Part shown: in pieces, positions 7,611 through 17,104 of the stretch
How positions within the stretch are numbered: position 1 is the first letter of the stretch
How the letters are laid out: the number at the start of each line of letters is the position of its first letter
Source: an archaeon
Lineage (GTDB): Archaea; Iainarchaeota; Iainarchaeia; Iainarchaeales; CSSED10-239
Direction: 5' to 3'
DNA length: 32,000 nucleotides
NCBI GenBank assembly: GCA_041677685.1
Contig: JBAYPN010000005.1
Span: 9,763-41,762, forward strand
The notes under the pieces: generated by a model
Told to the model about the DNA's origin: nothing
Databases searched by the model: none
Seen by the model: only the letters and a program-made list of their open reading frames with translations
Translations under genes and position numbers: made by a program

Positions 7611-7826
7611 GGCTCACACTATACTTATATTGGATTGTTTAATTCAAAGTTAGGTTCAAGAATTAGAGAGAGAGTTTTTGAGCTTATCAAAAGGAGATGG
7701 TATAAAGAGCGGAGAAAATAATTGATGACTATACAACTGCAATCCGATAGTTGAGGGAATAAACCCACCAGGTTTCATGGAAACATATTAGGACTGATTC
7801 CCTCATCTTGAACATTTTCATTTTTT
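7611..7826 (+). ncRNA. Candidate structured non-coding RNA of unknown class
   Basis: No ORF on either strand in the 7470-8064 gap. This island is locally less AT-rich. TTTATAAA at 7592-7599 lies upstream, and T-runs follow from 7815.

Nested helices: 7654-7661 GTTCAAGA pairs with 7806-7813 TCTTGAAC; 7752-7760 TGAGGGAAT pairs with 7797-7805 ATTCCCTCA; inner hairpin 7772-7776 GTTTC / 7780-7784 GAAAC.

Boundaries and strand are approximate. Confidence 0.3.
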
Positions 7827-8064
7827 AAATAACTTTTTTTAATAATCTAATTTTTCTTTTTTTAATTACCGTTACCTTTTCTTTAATTTTAGTAACTTTT
7901 AATTATTAATTTCAAAAATAGAAATTATAAATATCTTTTTCTTATATATTATAATTAAAATACATTATTCTTTACACACAATATAAATATCTTTATAAAA
8001 TATATGACCCCTTATTCTAATACAAATAACTTTTAATACAAATAATTAAAAAAAGAAATCACAT

Positions 8065-10752
8065 ATGTTCTTAATAAATACAAAATTCTCAGAATTATTA
8101 AAACAAAAAAAATCTTCTGTAACTTTAGGTTTAGAAAGTAAAGATGCAAAACAAAGATTAATTAAATTTGGAGCAAACGAATTAATTAAAAACAAAAAAG
8201 GGAATCTACTAAAAATTATAATAAGGCAATTTAAAAATGCATTAATCTTGTTACTTGTTTTTGCTGGCTTTCTATCTTTGTTTCTAGGAAATACAATTGA
8301 GTCAATTGCAATTTTTGTAATTATAATTTTAAATATAATTTTAGGCTTTATCCAAGAATACAGAGCAGAAAAAGCAATTGATGCTTTAAAAAAAATATCA
8401 GAACCATTCACAAGAGTTATAAGGGATGGTGTGACTTTAAAAATTCCTTCAAAAGAAGTTGTTGTTGGAGATATAGTTGTTATTGAGGCAGGAGATATTG
8501 TTTCTTGTGATGGTGTCTTGTTTGAAACTTCAAGCCTAGAAATTGAAGAAGCTTCTTTGACAGGTGAGTCTTTAGCTTCAAAAAAATCTGTTACTTCTAA
8601 AGATATAAATTCTCAAACAATTACAAAAGATGCCTTTGTCTACATGGGAACAACAGTAACCTATGGTAAAGGAAAATATCTAGTTACAAGTACAGGAATG
8701 AACACAGAGTTTGGAAAGATTGCAAAATCTTTACATGAAACAAAAGAAACACTTACACCTCTACAAATAAAATTTAAAAAACTTGCAAGACAGATTGGAA
8801 TTGTTGCTGTAATTTTAATTATTATTGTTTTACTTTTAGGACTCTTACAAAACACTTTATCTTTTGAAAAAATGATCTTGTTTGCTTTAGCTTTAACTGT
8901 GTCTACAATTCCAAATTCTTTACCAATCATTGTAACTGTTGGCTTATCTATTGGTTCTAAAAAACTTGCAAAACAAAACCTTCTAATAAAGACTCTTCCT
9001 GCTGCTGAAAGCCTTGGCTCAGTAACAATCATTGTTAGTGATAAAACAGGAACAATTACCAAAAATCAAATGACAGCCACGCAACTTTACATAAATCATA
9101 AAATAATAGATGTGACAGGAACTGGGTATGTTCCAAAAGGAGAATTCTATTTTAATAATAGATTAGTAAATAAAAAAGAATTAGAATTATTATTAAAGAT
9201 AGGTTACTTGTGTAATAACTCAAAGCTTACAAAAAAAGAAAATAGACATGAGATAATTGGAGATCCAACAGAAGGGGCATTGATTGTTTTAGGTGAAAAA
9301 CAAAACATTAAAGAAGATCTTAAAAATTATTCTCTAATTGAAGAATTGCCATTTGATTCTGATAGAAAAATAATGTCTTCAATCTATAGTAATAATTTAG
9401 TTAACAAAAAAGAAGCATATGTTAAAGGAGCTTATGATCTTTTAATTAAAAGATGCACAAAGATTTTAGATGATGGAAAGATAAGAGCAATTACTAAAAA
9501 GGATATTACTAAGTTAAATGAAATAAATATACTTTTTGCAAACAAAGCTCTAAGAGTTTTAGGTCTAGCTTACAAAGATGTTTCTAATCTTAAAAAATAT
9601 AATTTTAAAAACATAGAAGAAGATCTAGTTTTTGTGGGGCTAGTGGGGATGATTGATCCTCCAAGAGACGAAATTAAACAGGCAATTGCTGATTGTAAGA
9701 GTGCTGGAATAGAAACTATGATTGTTACAGGAGACCATGCGACAACAACTATTGCTGTTGCAAAACAGATTGGTATCTATAAAAAAGATGATGTTGTTCT
9801 AACTGGAAAAGATGTTGAAGAAATGAGTGACTTACAACTTGAAAACATAATTGATAAAATTAGAATTGTTGCAAGAGTCTTACCAATTCAGAAATTAAGA
9901 ATCGTCTCTGCTTTACAAAAGAAAGGGCATGTTGTTGCAATGACAGGAGATGGTGTTAATGATTCTCCTGCTTTAAAAAAGGCAGATATCGGGGTGTCTA
10001 TGGGTATTACTGGAACTGATGTTTCAAAAGAAGTCTCAAAAGCTATACTTGTAGATGATAATTTTGCAACAATTGTAAATGGTATAAAAGAAGGTAGAAA
10101 CATCTATGATAAGATGATTAAGTCTGCAAAATATTTGTTATCTTGTAATGCTGGAGAAATCTTTACTGTCTTTTTTGCAATACTTTTGGGCTTTCCTTTA
10201 CCACTCTTACCTTTACAGATTTTGTTGATGAGCATTTTAACTGATGACTTTCCTGCTTTAGGTCTAGGCTTTGAAAAAGGAGAGCCTAAGATTATGAAAA
10301 GACCTCCAAGGGTGCCAAATGAGAATCCAATTTCTAGAAAATTATTTTTATCAATTATTATTTTTGGTTTTATTATGGGTTTAGGCACATTATTATTATT
10401 TAATAGTTATTTACCATTTGGTCTTTCTAAGGCACAAACAGTTGCTTTTACAACTCTTGTTATGTTTCAAGTCTTTGCAGTAGTTAGTAGTAGAAGGTTG
10501 TATAGTGGTTTTAGACACTTAAACCCATTTACAAATAAATATTTATCAGGTGCAATATTTTTGTCAATAGCAATTCAATTAATTGTAATTTATTTCCCTC
10601 CATTACAAATTGTCTTTGGAACAGTTTCTTTAGCCTTAATTGATTGGGTAAAGATAATTGTAGTTTCAAGTTTAGGTTTTATAATTATGGAAGTTAGTAA
10701 GCTTTTCTTTCAAAAAGAAAAGATCTCTTCTTTTGTTCTTAAAAAGATTTAA
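8065..10752 (+). CDS. Cation-transporting P-type ATPase, type II (SERCA/PMCA-like architecture)
   Basis: Cation_ATPase_N-like start. TGES, DKTGTIT (phospho-Asp), MVTGDHATT and MTGDGVNDSPALKKADIG hinge motifs, and about 10 TM segments. M4 reads IPNSLP instead of the canonical IPEGLP. Confidence 0.92.
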   Translation: MFLINTKFSELLKQKKSSVTLGLESKDAKQRLIKFGANELIKNKKGNLLKIIIRQFKNALILLLVFAGFLSLFLGNTIESIAIFVIIILNIILGFIQEYRAEKAIDALKKISEPFTRVIRDGVTLKIPSKEVVVGDIVVIEAGDIVSCDGVLFETSSLEIEEASLTGESLASKKSVTSKDINSQTITKDAFVYMGTTVTYGKGKYLVTSTGMNTEFGKIAKSLHETKETLTPLQIKFKKLARQIGIVAVILIIIVLLLGLLQNTLSFEKMILFALALTVSTIPNSLPIIVTVGLSIGSKKLAKQNLLIKTLPAAESLGSVTIIVSDKTGTITKNQMTATQLYINHKIIDVTGTGYVPKGEFYFNNRLVNKKELELLLKIGYLCNNSKLTKKENRHEIIGDPTEGALIVLGEKQNIKEDLKNYSLIEELPFDSDRKIMSSIYSNNLVNKKEAYVKGAYDLLIKRCTKILDDGKIRAITKKDITKLNEINILFANKALRVLGLAYKDVSNLKKYNFKNIEEDLVFVGLVGMIDPPRDEIKQAIADCKSAGIETMIVTGDHATTTIAVAKQIGIYKKDDVVLTGKDVEEMSDLQLENIIDKIRIVARVLPIQKLRIVSALQKKGHVVAMTGDGVNDSPALKKADIGVSMGITGTDVSKEVSKAILVDDNFATIVNGIKEGRNIYDKMIKSAKYLLSCNAGEIFTVFFAILLGFPLPLLPLQILLMSILTDDFPALGLGFEKGEPKIMKRPPRVPNENPISRKLFLSIIIFGFIMGLGTLLLFNSYLPFGLSKAQTVAFTTLVMFQVFAVVSSRRLYSGFRHLNPFTNKYLSGAIFLSIAIQLIVIYFPPLQIVFGTVSLALIDWVKIIVVSSLGFIIMEVSKLFFQKEKISSFVLKKI

Positions 10753-10776
10753 TTTTTTTCATTTTTCTCTTTTTTT
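10753..10776 (+). terminator. Oligo-T terminator candidate after the ATPase gene
   Basis: TTTTTTTCATTTTTCTCTTTTTTT follows immediately after the TAA at 10750-10752. Confidence 0.45.
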
Positions 10777-10839
10777 AAAATAAATATATATATATTCTTT
10801 TTCTTACCTTAATTATTTACAATTTAGGAAAGATTACTT

Positions 10840-11178
10840 ATGAGTGAAACTAAAGAAATAATAACTTTTAAAGACTTTATGAAACTAGACATTAAGATTG
10901 GAAAAATTATAAATGTAGAGAAAGTTCCAAACTCCAATAAATTGTTTAAGATGCAATTTGATTTTGGGGATTTTCAAAGACAGATAGTTGCCGGAATTGC
11001 AACTAAATATACAGAAGAAGATTTACTTAGTAAACAGATACCTGTAATTGTAAATTTAGAGCCAAGATTGATAATGGGACTAAATAGTCAAGGGATGATT
11101 CTTGCAGTTGGAGAGATTGATGTTGATGCTTTGTTATTCCCTTCACAAGATGTTAAGAATGGGTCTCCTGTTCATTAA
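10840..11178 (+). CDS. tRNA-binding domain protein (Trbp111/CsaA/EMAP-II-like OB fold)
   Basis: DFMKLDIKIGKIINVEKVPNSNKLFKMQFDFGD..RQIVAGI...L.GMILAV is the classic MetRS-C-terminal/Trbp111 domain pattern. The ~110 aa size fits a stand-alone protein. Confidence 0.85.
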   Translation: MSETKEIITFKDFMKLDIKIGKIINVEKVPNSNKLFKMQFDFGDFQRQIVAGIATKYTEEDLLSKQIPVIVNLEPRLIMGLNSQGMILAVGEIDVDALLFPSQDVKNGSPVH

Positions 11179-11222
11179 CTTTTCTTTTTAATATTTTTTT
11201 AAATTTTTTATTTTTTTGTAAC

Positions 11223-11305
11223 GCAGAGGTGGCAGAGTGGTCAAATGCACAAGCCTGGAAAGCTTGAGTCGTTAGACTTCGCGAGTTCGAATCTCGTCCT
11301 CTGCG
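11223..11305 (+). tRNA. tRNA-Ser (anticodon GGA)
   Basis: Hand fold: acceptor GCAGAGG/CCTCTGC plus discriminator G; 3-bp D stem GCA/TGC; anticodon stem CAAGC/GCTTG with loop CTGGAAA (GGA at 34-36); long variable arm AGTC-GTTA-GACT; T arm GCGAG-TTCGAAT-CTCGT. No encoded CCA. Confidence 0.93.
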
Positions 11306-11433
11306 TCTGATTTCCATTTCGATTTTAATTTTTCCTTTTACCATCTAAATCTTAAATTACAAATTAATTTTTCTTAAAATTAATAAATATATTTATAAAT
11401 AATTTGAAGTAAATATTAAAGAGGTTATTAAAG

Positions 11434-12654
11434 ATGAACTTAGAAAAACATAGAAAAGACTTTCCAATTTTAAATTTAAAAAAAAATAAAATAATTTATT
11501 TTGATAATGCTGCTTCTTCCTTAAAGCCAAAACAGGTAATTAAAGCAATTAATAATTATTATAATGACTACCCTGCAAATGTGCATAGAGGAATACATAG
11601 GCTCTCCATGCAAGCCTCGATTGTCTATGAAAAAGCACACGAAGACATAGCTTCTTTTTTTAATTGCAAAAAGGAAGAAGTTATCTTTACACAGAATAGC
11701 ACAGATGCAATTAACCTAATAATGTATAGCTTATACAATTCAAATTATTTTAAGAAAGGCGACGAAATAATTACAAGCATAGAAGAACATCATGCAAATT
11801 TTGTGCCTTGGCAATTTTTAGCAAAAAAATTAAAATTAAAATTAAAGTTTATAAAGTTAACAAAAGATCAAAAGTTAGATGTTTTAGACTTAAAAAAAAT
11901 AATAACTTCTAAAACAAAATTAGTGGCAATTGCACACATCTCAAACACCTTAGGAGTAATTAACCTAATCTCTGAAATAATAAAAATTGCACATTCAAAA
12001 AAATCATTAGTGCTAGTCGATGGTTCTCAATCAGCTCCTCATCTAAAAATAGACTTTGAAAGATTAGATTGTGATTTTTTTGTAGCAACTGCACATAAGA
12101 TGCTTGGACCAACTGGGATTGGTTGTGTTATAGGTAAAGAAAAGTTATTAAATAAATTTGAACCATTTAGGTTTGGAGGAGACATGATCAGTAATGTTAC
12201 CTTAAAAGAATCAAAATGGAATAGTTTACCTTATAAGTTTGAAGCTGGAACCCCAAACATCTCTGGAGTCTTTGGTTTTTTAGAAGCTGTTAATTATCTT
12301 AAAAAAGTTGGTGTTAATAATATTTACAAACATGATAAAGAGATCTTAAAATATGCTTATGAAAAACTAAAAGAAATTAAAAATATTATAATTTATAATT
12401 GTAAAGACATAGACAACCAGATAGGAATAATAATCTTTAATCTTAAAGGAATTGAGGCAATTGAACTTTCAGCTCTTTTAGATGAGATTTCAGGAGTTGC
12501 TACAAGAGCAGGCATGCACTGTGCTCAACCAATAATTGAAACCTTTGATAGAAAGGGAGTTGTTAGGGCATCCTTTTATTTTTATAATACCAAAAAAGAA
12601 GTTGATGTCTTTGTAAAGACTTTAAAAAAGATTGACTTGATGGTAAACAAATAG
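11434..12654 (+). CDS. sufS: Cysteine desulfurase, SufS/CsdA type (class V aminotransferase)
   Basis: NVHRGIHRLS, PLP-lysine motif TAHKMLGPTGIG, and active-site loop RAGMHCAQP (group II desulfurase). AGAGGT SD is present. Confidence 0.9.
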   Translation: MNLEKHRKDFPILNLKKNKIIYFDNAASSLKPKQVIKAINNYYNDYPANVHRGIHRLSMQASIVYEKAHEDIASFFNCKKEEVIFTQNSTDAINLIMYSLYNSNYFKKGDEIITSIEEHHANFVPWQFLAKKLKLKLKFIKLTKDQKLDVLDLKKIITSKTKLVAIAHISNTLGVINLISEIIKIAHSKKSLVLVDGSQSAPHLKIDFERLDCDFFVATAHKMLGPTGIGCVIGKEKLLNKFEPFRFGGDMISNVTLKESKWNSLPYKFEAGTPNISGVFGFLEAVNYLKKVGVNNIYKHDKEILKYAYEKLKEIKNIIIYNCKDIDNQIGIIIFNLKGIEAIELSALLDEISGVATRAGMHCAQPIIETFDRKGVVRASFYFYNTKKEVDVFVKTLKKIDLMVNK

Positions 12655-12698
12655 TTTAGATTGTAAACAAATATTTTTTTAGAAATAACAAGAACCAA

Positions 12699-13454
12699 TT
12701 AAGAATTTAATTTTACTTTCTTAATAACCAAAAGTTCTTTAATATTAATATTTTTATTTTCTATATTTTTAATAATTCCTGGCATATGCCCTGCCCCAAC
12801 AACAAGCACAATAGTGTTTACTTTTGGGTCCTCTAACACCTTTTGAACATGATAACAAATAAACAGATCCCTTTCATCAATCAATATTCTTTTAATTTTT
12901 TTATGTTCTCTCATAAAGATATTCATGATCTTGTTAATCTGTGTGTTGTCTTCATCTTCCTTTTCAACTTCAGACAAAATCTTGTTAATATCTAAATCTT
13001 CCCCAAGTTCTTTTTTAATTTTAAATCCACTAAAAAATATTCTCCATTTGTCCCTAAAGTTAAGAGTTTTTAATAATCTTGAAAGAGTAATATTTACATC
13101 TCTGTCTGCAAGAAGTATCTTAGCATCAACCTCTTTTGCACTATTGATTGCCTGGATCATCTCTGCTCCTGGTGTAATATTAAATTGTCCTGCAATCTTT
13201 TTCTGATATTTTGCTAAGAAATATTGTACAAAAAAAACTCCTGGTCTTCTTGTTCTAAAGATATCTGAAAATTTAACCTCTCTTCTGTTCTTACTCATGA
13301 TTGAGTAAAACCTTTGCTTGTCAAGTTCAATTCCAACAACTTCTGGTCTCTCTTCTTCAATTGTTTTTTTAACTTGTTCCTTGCTTTTTTTAGAGATGTG
13401 TGCTGTTCCAACAACAATTAATCTCTTTTTATTAATTTCCATTACCTTTTTCAT
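12699..13454 (-). CDS. TraB-family protein (PrgY/TraB/GumN-like)
   Basis: LIVVGTAHISKKSKEQVKKTIEEERPEVVGIELDKQR and the C-terminal VVGAGHMPGI are the TraB-family signature. Confidence 0.8.
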   Translation of the reverse strand: MKKVMEINKKRLIVVGTAHISKKSKEQVKKTIEEERPEVVGIELDKQRFYSIMSKNRREVKFSDIFRTRRPGVFFVQYFLAKYQKKIAGQFNITPGAEMIQAINSAKEVDAKILLADRDVNITLSRLLKTLNFRDKWRIFFSGFKIKKELGEDLDINKILSEVEKEDEDNTQINKIMNIFMREHKKIKRILIDERDLFICYHVQKVLEDPKVNTIVLVVGAGHMPGIIKNIENKNINIKELLVIKKVKLNS

Positions 13455-13534
13455 ATTATCCCTTTAAGAAATATATTTATAAACTTTAAGTAGTAAATAT
13501 AATATACTTAAATATATTTAAAAGGTTACATTTT

Positions 13535-16500
13535 ATGAAAAAGAAAATAACAATCATACTATTATTTGTTTTTTTAATATTTGGACTAAATCAAATAAGT
13601 GCATATTCAATTGAAATTGATCAAACTTATGGAGGCTTAAATTCATCAAGTTTCTCTGTAACAATAGAGGTTGACAGTTCTGAGGGGCTTTCTCAAGTTC
13701 CATTAACCATAAACTCTAACAAACAAGCAACCCCAATATCTTTTTATGCTGATTTAGATTCAGGAAACACTTTTAAAGCTTACTTCTATATAGACTTTAC
13801 AGCTTCTTCTAGCTCCACAGAAAATGGTTGGCCAAAAATAATTGTAAATTCTGCAGACATAGTTACCGTGAGCTCTATTGATTTTCCTGCAAAGACAGAC
13901 ACCTTGATTATTGATGGTGTTAAGCCAGTAATTGGAAATTTCACAATAGAGGCTTTAGGAACAAATTATAATAATTATTATAGAGGAGATGTTAACCTTA
14001 ATCTAAGTGGTTTTTCAGATCCCCAGACATACATAACTAATTATATTGTTTATTTAGTATCCCCCTCTAATCTAGAAACATTTAAAACAAATTATGTTCT
14101 TAAAAAAACAACAGACACAAATTCTTCAGAAATAAAATTAGAATTAAATTCAGAAGTTCATGATGGAGATTATTATTTGTTAGTAGATGCAGTTGATGTC
14201 TCTTTAAACACAGGAGATGAAACTACAATTAAGAATAATAAAGTTAGTCTTTCTTTAGACAACCTTTCACCAATTGTAGAGAATTTTAATTTAGGAACTT
14301 TAGTTGACAAAAGCACCTACTATGTAAACTCAGGAAATTTTAATATAACTATTAGATTTAAAGATCTTTTTTCAGGCATAAACCCAACCAACCCCCCAAC
14401 ATCAATTACTGTAAAAACTCCAGAGGGCGTTCCTTTAAATTTTAATAGAGATTACAATTCTTCAGTAAATGGTTTTTTTGTGCCAATCTCCTCAACTTAC
14501 ACAGACGGAAACGTCTACCAGGTTTCTTTTAAAGTCAATGATTTTGTGGACAATAATATTTCTTATGATTTTAATATCTTTATAGACAGTAATGGTCCAA
14601 CAACCCCAACAGCTCCAACCTTAACCAGAAGTATAGACAACAACATCACAGTCTCTTCCTGGGGAACAGCAACTGACACTGGTAGTGGTTTAAAAGAGTA
14701 TAGAGTCTATAGGTCTACAAGTAGTTTTACCTCTTACACAAACCAAAGTCTTATTTGTACAGTTGAAGCAACAGAAGCAAGGACCTGTGTAGACACATTC
14801 TCTAAATCAGATGACACAACTTACTATTATGGGGTGGTTGCTGTTGACAAGTCTAACAATCTAAGTGCTGTGAAGACAAGTAACATAAAGACAGGTCCAA
14901 AATTAGAAGTTAATATTGATGTTTCTGAGAGCTACACAAACAACCCTACACCAGACATTGTTTTAACTTTAGGGTCTGATGTTAATGTTGTTAGATTTAG
15001 TTGTAATGGCTCAAGCTTTACTTCTTGGATAGAAGTCAATAACACAACTTTTACCTATTCAGAATTTAATATTACTTCTGGAAATGGATGTACAAGTGCC
15101 TCTGAACTTAAAGAAGTATATGTGGAGGCAAAAAGTGAAAATTCTCCTTACCCAGTTACAAGAAAATCTGATACTGTAAAGTATGATGCAACTCCACCAA
15201 CAACCCCAACAAATGTAAAAGTAAGTCCTTTACAAAATGGTGGTCTTAAACTTACTTGGTCTGGAAGTGATGACAACTATAGTGGTGTTAAAAGTTATAG
15301 AGTTTATTATTCTACAGCTTCAGGAGTAACAACAGACAATTCTTATTACACAAGCACAGCTCTAAATTATTCATTTACTCCAAACAATAACCAAACCTAC
15401 TATATTAAAATATCAGCAATTGATAATGCGGGAAACCAATCATCTTTAAGTTCTGAGGTTAGTGGAGAAACTAAAAGATTTGGTCCAACATTTACATTTA
15501 ACTTAAATCCATCAAACCTAATAGATGGTGTAGACTATGTGGGGTTAGGGAAAGTCTTATTTAAAGTAGCAAGTGATGAACCACTATCTAAAACTCCAAC
15601 AGTAAGAATTAAATTTGATTCAAAAGCTCAAGAAACAATAATTGCAAGTTACTTAGATCTAATTACAAGTTTTGAATACAATTTTGTTGAAGATGGAAAT
15701 GTAGAAATAGAAATTACAGGAACTAACAATGCTGGAGAAAGTTCAACAGACACCTATTATTTGGTAGTTGATGCTACTCCGCCAACTTTTGAAGTAGACT
15801 ATGGTATCTTTAATGAAACAATAATTAAATTTAATTTAAAAGATTATTCTCCTGACCTCTATAAAGTTGAATATCAATTAAATGATAAAACAGGACTTGC
15901 AATTATTGAAGATTCAAATGAAGATTTCTATTATGAATTTGATACTAATAAATTTGATGATGGAGATTATAACATCAGCATCATTGGTTATGATTATGCA
16001 CTAAACACTTCAACTGTAGAAATAAACTTTAATATTGATAATGTTAATGAACTTGAAGTTGAGCTAAACAATTTAATTGAACAAGTGAACTTTAATAGAG
16101 ATTTTATTAATTCCTCTATAAAGTTATATGAAGAGCTATTAATTAAAATAGATGACTCAATTTCAGAAAAATTAAAAACTGCAAACACAAAGGCAACCTC
16201 TGCTCAAAGTTTGATTGATGCTAATAACCTTTCACCATCCATTGATCTGTATAATGAAACAAACAACCTACTATTAGAGATAATCACTTTGTTGCCAAAA
16301 CAATCAGTTGTTAAAAATAAATCTTTTACTTACTTTTATGATGTAAACAAATCAGTAGATATACCAACATACACAACTGATGCAAATATTATTAAAGACA
16401 CAAACCAGCTTTATAATCAAAATATACTTATGGTTGATAGAAACTTTATAGTTCAGGAAATTGATTCTGTTAAATATTTTTCTGTATCTTTAGAGTTTAA

Positions 16501-17104
16501 AAACACCTCAAACAAAGATGTTACAATTACCTTTATAGAAGATATTCCAAAAGAATTTGCAACTAAACTTTCAGACCTTGTTTTTGGAGAGGATGTAAAT
16601 GTTTTAGATGCTGACCCAGTTGTATATACTACAATTACAATTCCTAAAAACTCCTCATATACTTTTAGATATAATAAAAAAAGCATAGCCACAGATTTTG
16701 ATGTTCTAACTAAATATGATCAGATTGTTTTTAAAAAACCAATCATCCTTAGTGGGAAGGTTTTAGAAGAACAAATGATTTTTAAAAAATCTTCAAAATA
16801 TAATTCTGATTCTAAGATTTTTGGAATAATTGGAATTGTTTTAATTTTAATAATAATCATACTTATAGTAATTTGGCAAATTTTAAAATCAAAAAGAAAT
16901 AAGGAAAGAAACTTAGAAACAATTGCAAACTCTAAAGGAGAAATAAATCGTTACCTGGGGAAAGGGAGTGCAAGTTCTACAAGTCTAGCAAATCCTGAAG
17001 AAAAAAAGTCTGTTTCTGAGGAAAGTAAGATTACAAAAGAGAATGCTTTTGAAAGTAATTATGATTATATAATTGATGCTGTTAAAAGAGATAAAAAGAA
17101 ATAA
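13535..17104 (+). CDS. Large secreted, C-terminally membrane-anchored cell-surface protein with FN3-like domains (S-layer/adhesin candidate)
   Basis: N-terminal signal peptide MKKKITIILLFVFLIFGLNQISAYS. Two clear FN3-like modules are introduced by PTTPT linkers (~14596-14900: GSGLKEYRVYRS...YYYGVVAVDKSNNLS; ~15191-15480: YSGVKSYRVYYS...YYIKISAIDNAGNQS). A third TPPT junction is at ~15775 and a coiled-coil-like stretch at ~16050-16300. A single TM, IFGIIGIVLILIIIILIVIWQIL (~16819-16885), is followed by a basic cytoplasmic tail. Confidence 0.8.
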   Translation: MKKKITIILLFVFLIFGLNQISAYSIEIDQTYGGLNSSSFSVTIEVDSSEGLSQVPLTINSNKQATPISFYADLDSGNTFKAYFYIDFTASSSSTENGWPKIIVNSADIVTVSSIDFPAKTDTLIIDGVKPVIGNFTIEALGTNYNNYYRGDVNLNLSGFSDPQTYITNYIVYLVSPSNLETFKTNYVLKKTTDTNSSEIKLELNSEVHDGDYYLLVDAVDVSLNTGDETTIKNNKVSLSLDNLSPIVENFNLGTLVDKSTYYVNSGNFNITIRFKDLFSGINPTNPPTSITVKTPEGVPLNFNRDYNSSVNGFFVPISSTYTDGNVYQVSFKVNDFVDNNISYDFNIFIDSNGPTTPTAPTLTRSIDNNITVSSWGTATDTGSGLKEYRVYRSTSSFTSYTNQSLICTVEATEARTCVDTFSKSDDTTYYYGVVAVDKSNNLSAVKTSNIKTGPKLEVNIDVSESYTNNPTPDIVLTLGSDVNVVRFSCNGSSFTSWIEVNNTTFTYSEFNITSGNGCTSASELKEVYVEAKSENSPYPVTRKSDTVKYDATPPTTPTNVKVSPLQNGGLKLTWSGSDDNYSGVKSYRVYYSTASGVTTDNSYYTSTALNYSFTPNNNQTYYIKISAIDNAGNQSSLSSEVSGETKRFGPTFTFNLNPSNLIDGVDYVGLGKVLFKVASDEPLSKTPTVRIKFDSKAQETIIASYLDLITSFEYNFVEDGNVEIEITGTNNAGESSTDTYYLVVDATPPTFEVDYGIFNETIIKFNLKDYSPDLYKVEYQLNDKTGLAIIEDSNEDFYYEFDTNKFDDGDYNISIIGYDYALNTSTVEINFNIDNVNELEVELNNLIEQVNFNRDFINSSIKLYEELLIKIDDSISEKLKTANTKATSAQSLIDANNLSPSIDLYNETNNLLLEIITLLPKQSVVKNKSFTYFYDVNKSVDIPTYTTDANIIKDTNQLYNQNILMVDRNFIVQEIDSVKYFSVSLEFKNTSNKDVTITFIEDIPKEFATKLSDLVFGEDVNVLDADPVVYTTITIPKNSSYTFRYNKKSIATDFDVLTKYDQIVFKKPIILSGKVLEEQMIFKKSSKYNSDSKIFGIIGIVLILIIIILIVIWQILKSKRNKERNLETIANSKGEINRYLGKGSASSTSLANPEEKKSVSEESKITKENAFESNYDYIIDAVKRDKKK

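Noticed and set aside
7722-7797. Box C/D sRNA: TGATGA (7723-7728) and CTGA (7794-7797) within the candidate ncRNA.
   Set aside because: The spacing (~65 nt between boxes) is too long for archaeal C/D sRNAs. There is no convincing C'/D' pair (CCGA / TGAGGG only) and no terminal stem pairing the ends.
7470-8064. A known metal riboswitch (M-box, yybP-ykoY type) or fluoride riboswitch as leader of the P-type ATPase.
   Set aside because: I could not match the conserved cores I remember for these classes. They are essentially bacterial (M-box, yybP-ykoY), or in the fluoride case have a different consensus. Strong T-runs also separate the element from the ATPase start. It is kept only as a generic candidate ncRNA.
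11153-11344. 63-aa minus-strand ORF.
   Set aside because: It is open only because it runs through the G/C-rich tRNA-Ser(GGA) gene at 11223-11305, so it is not coding.
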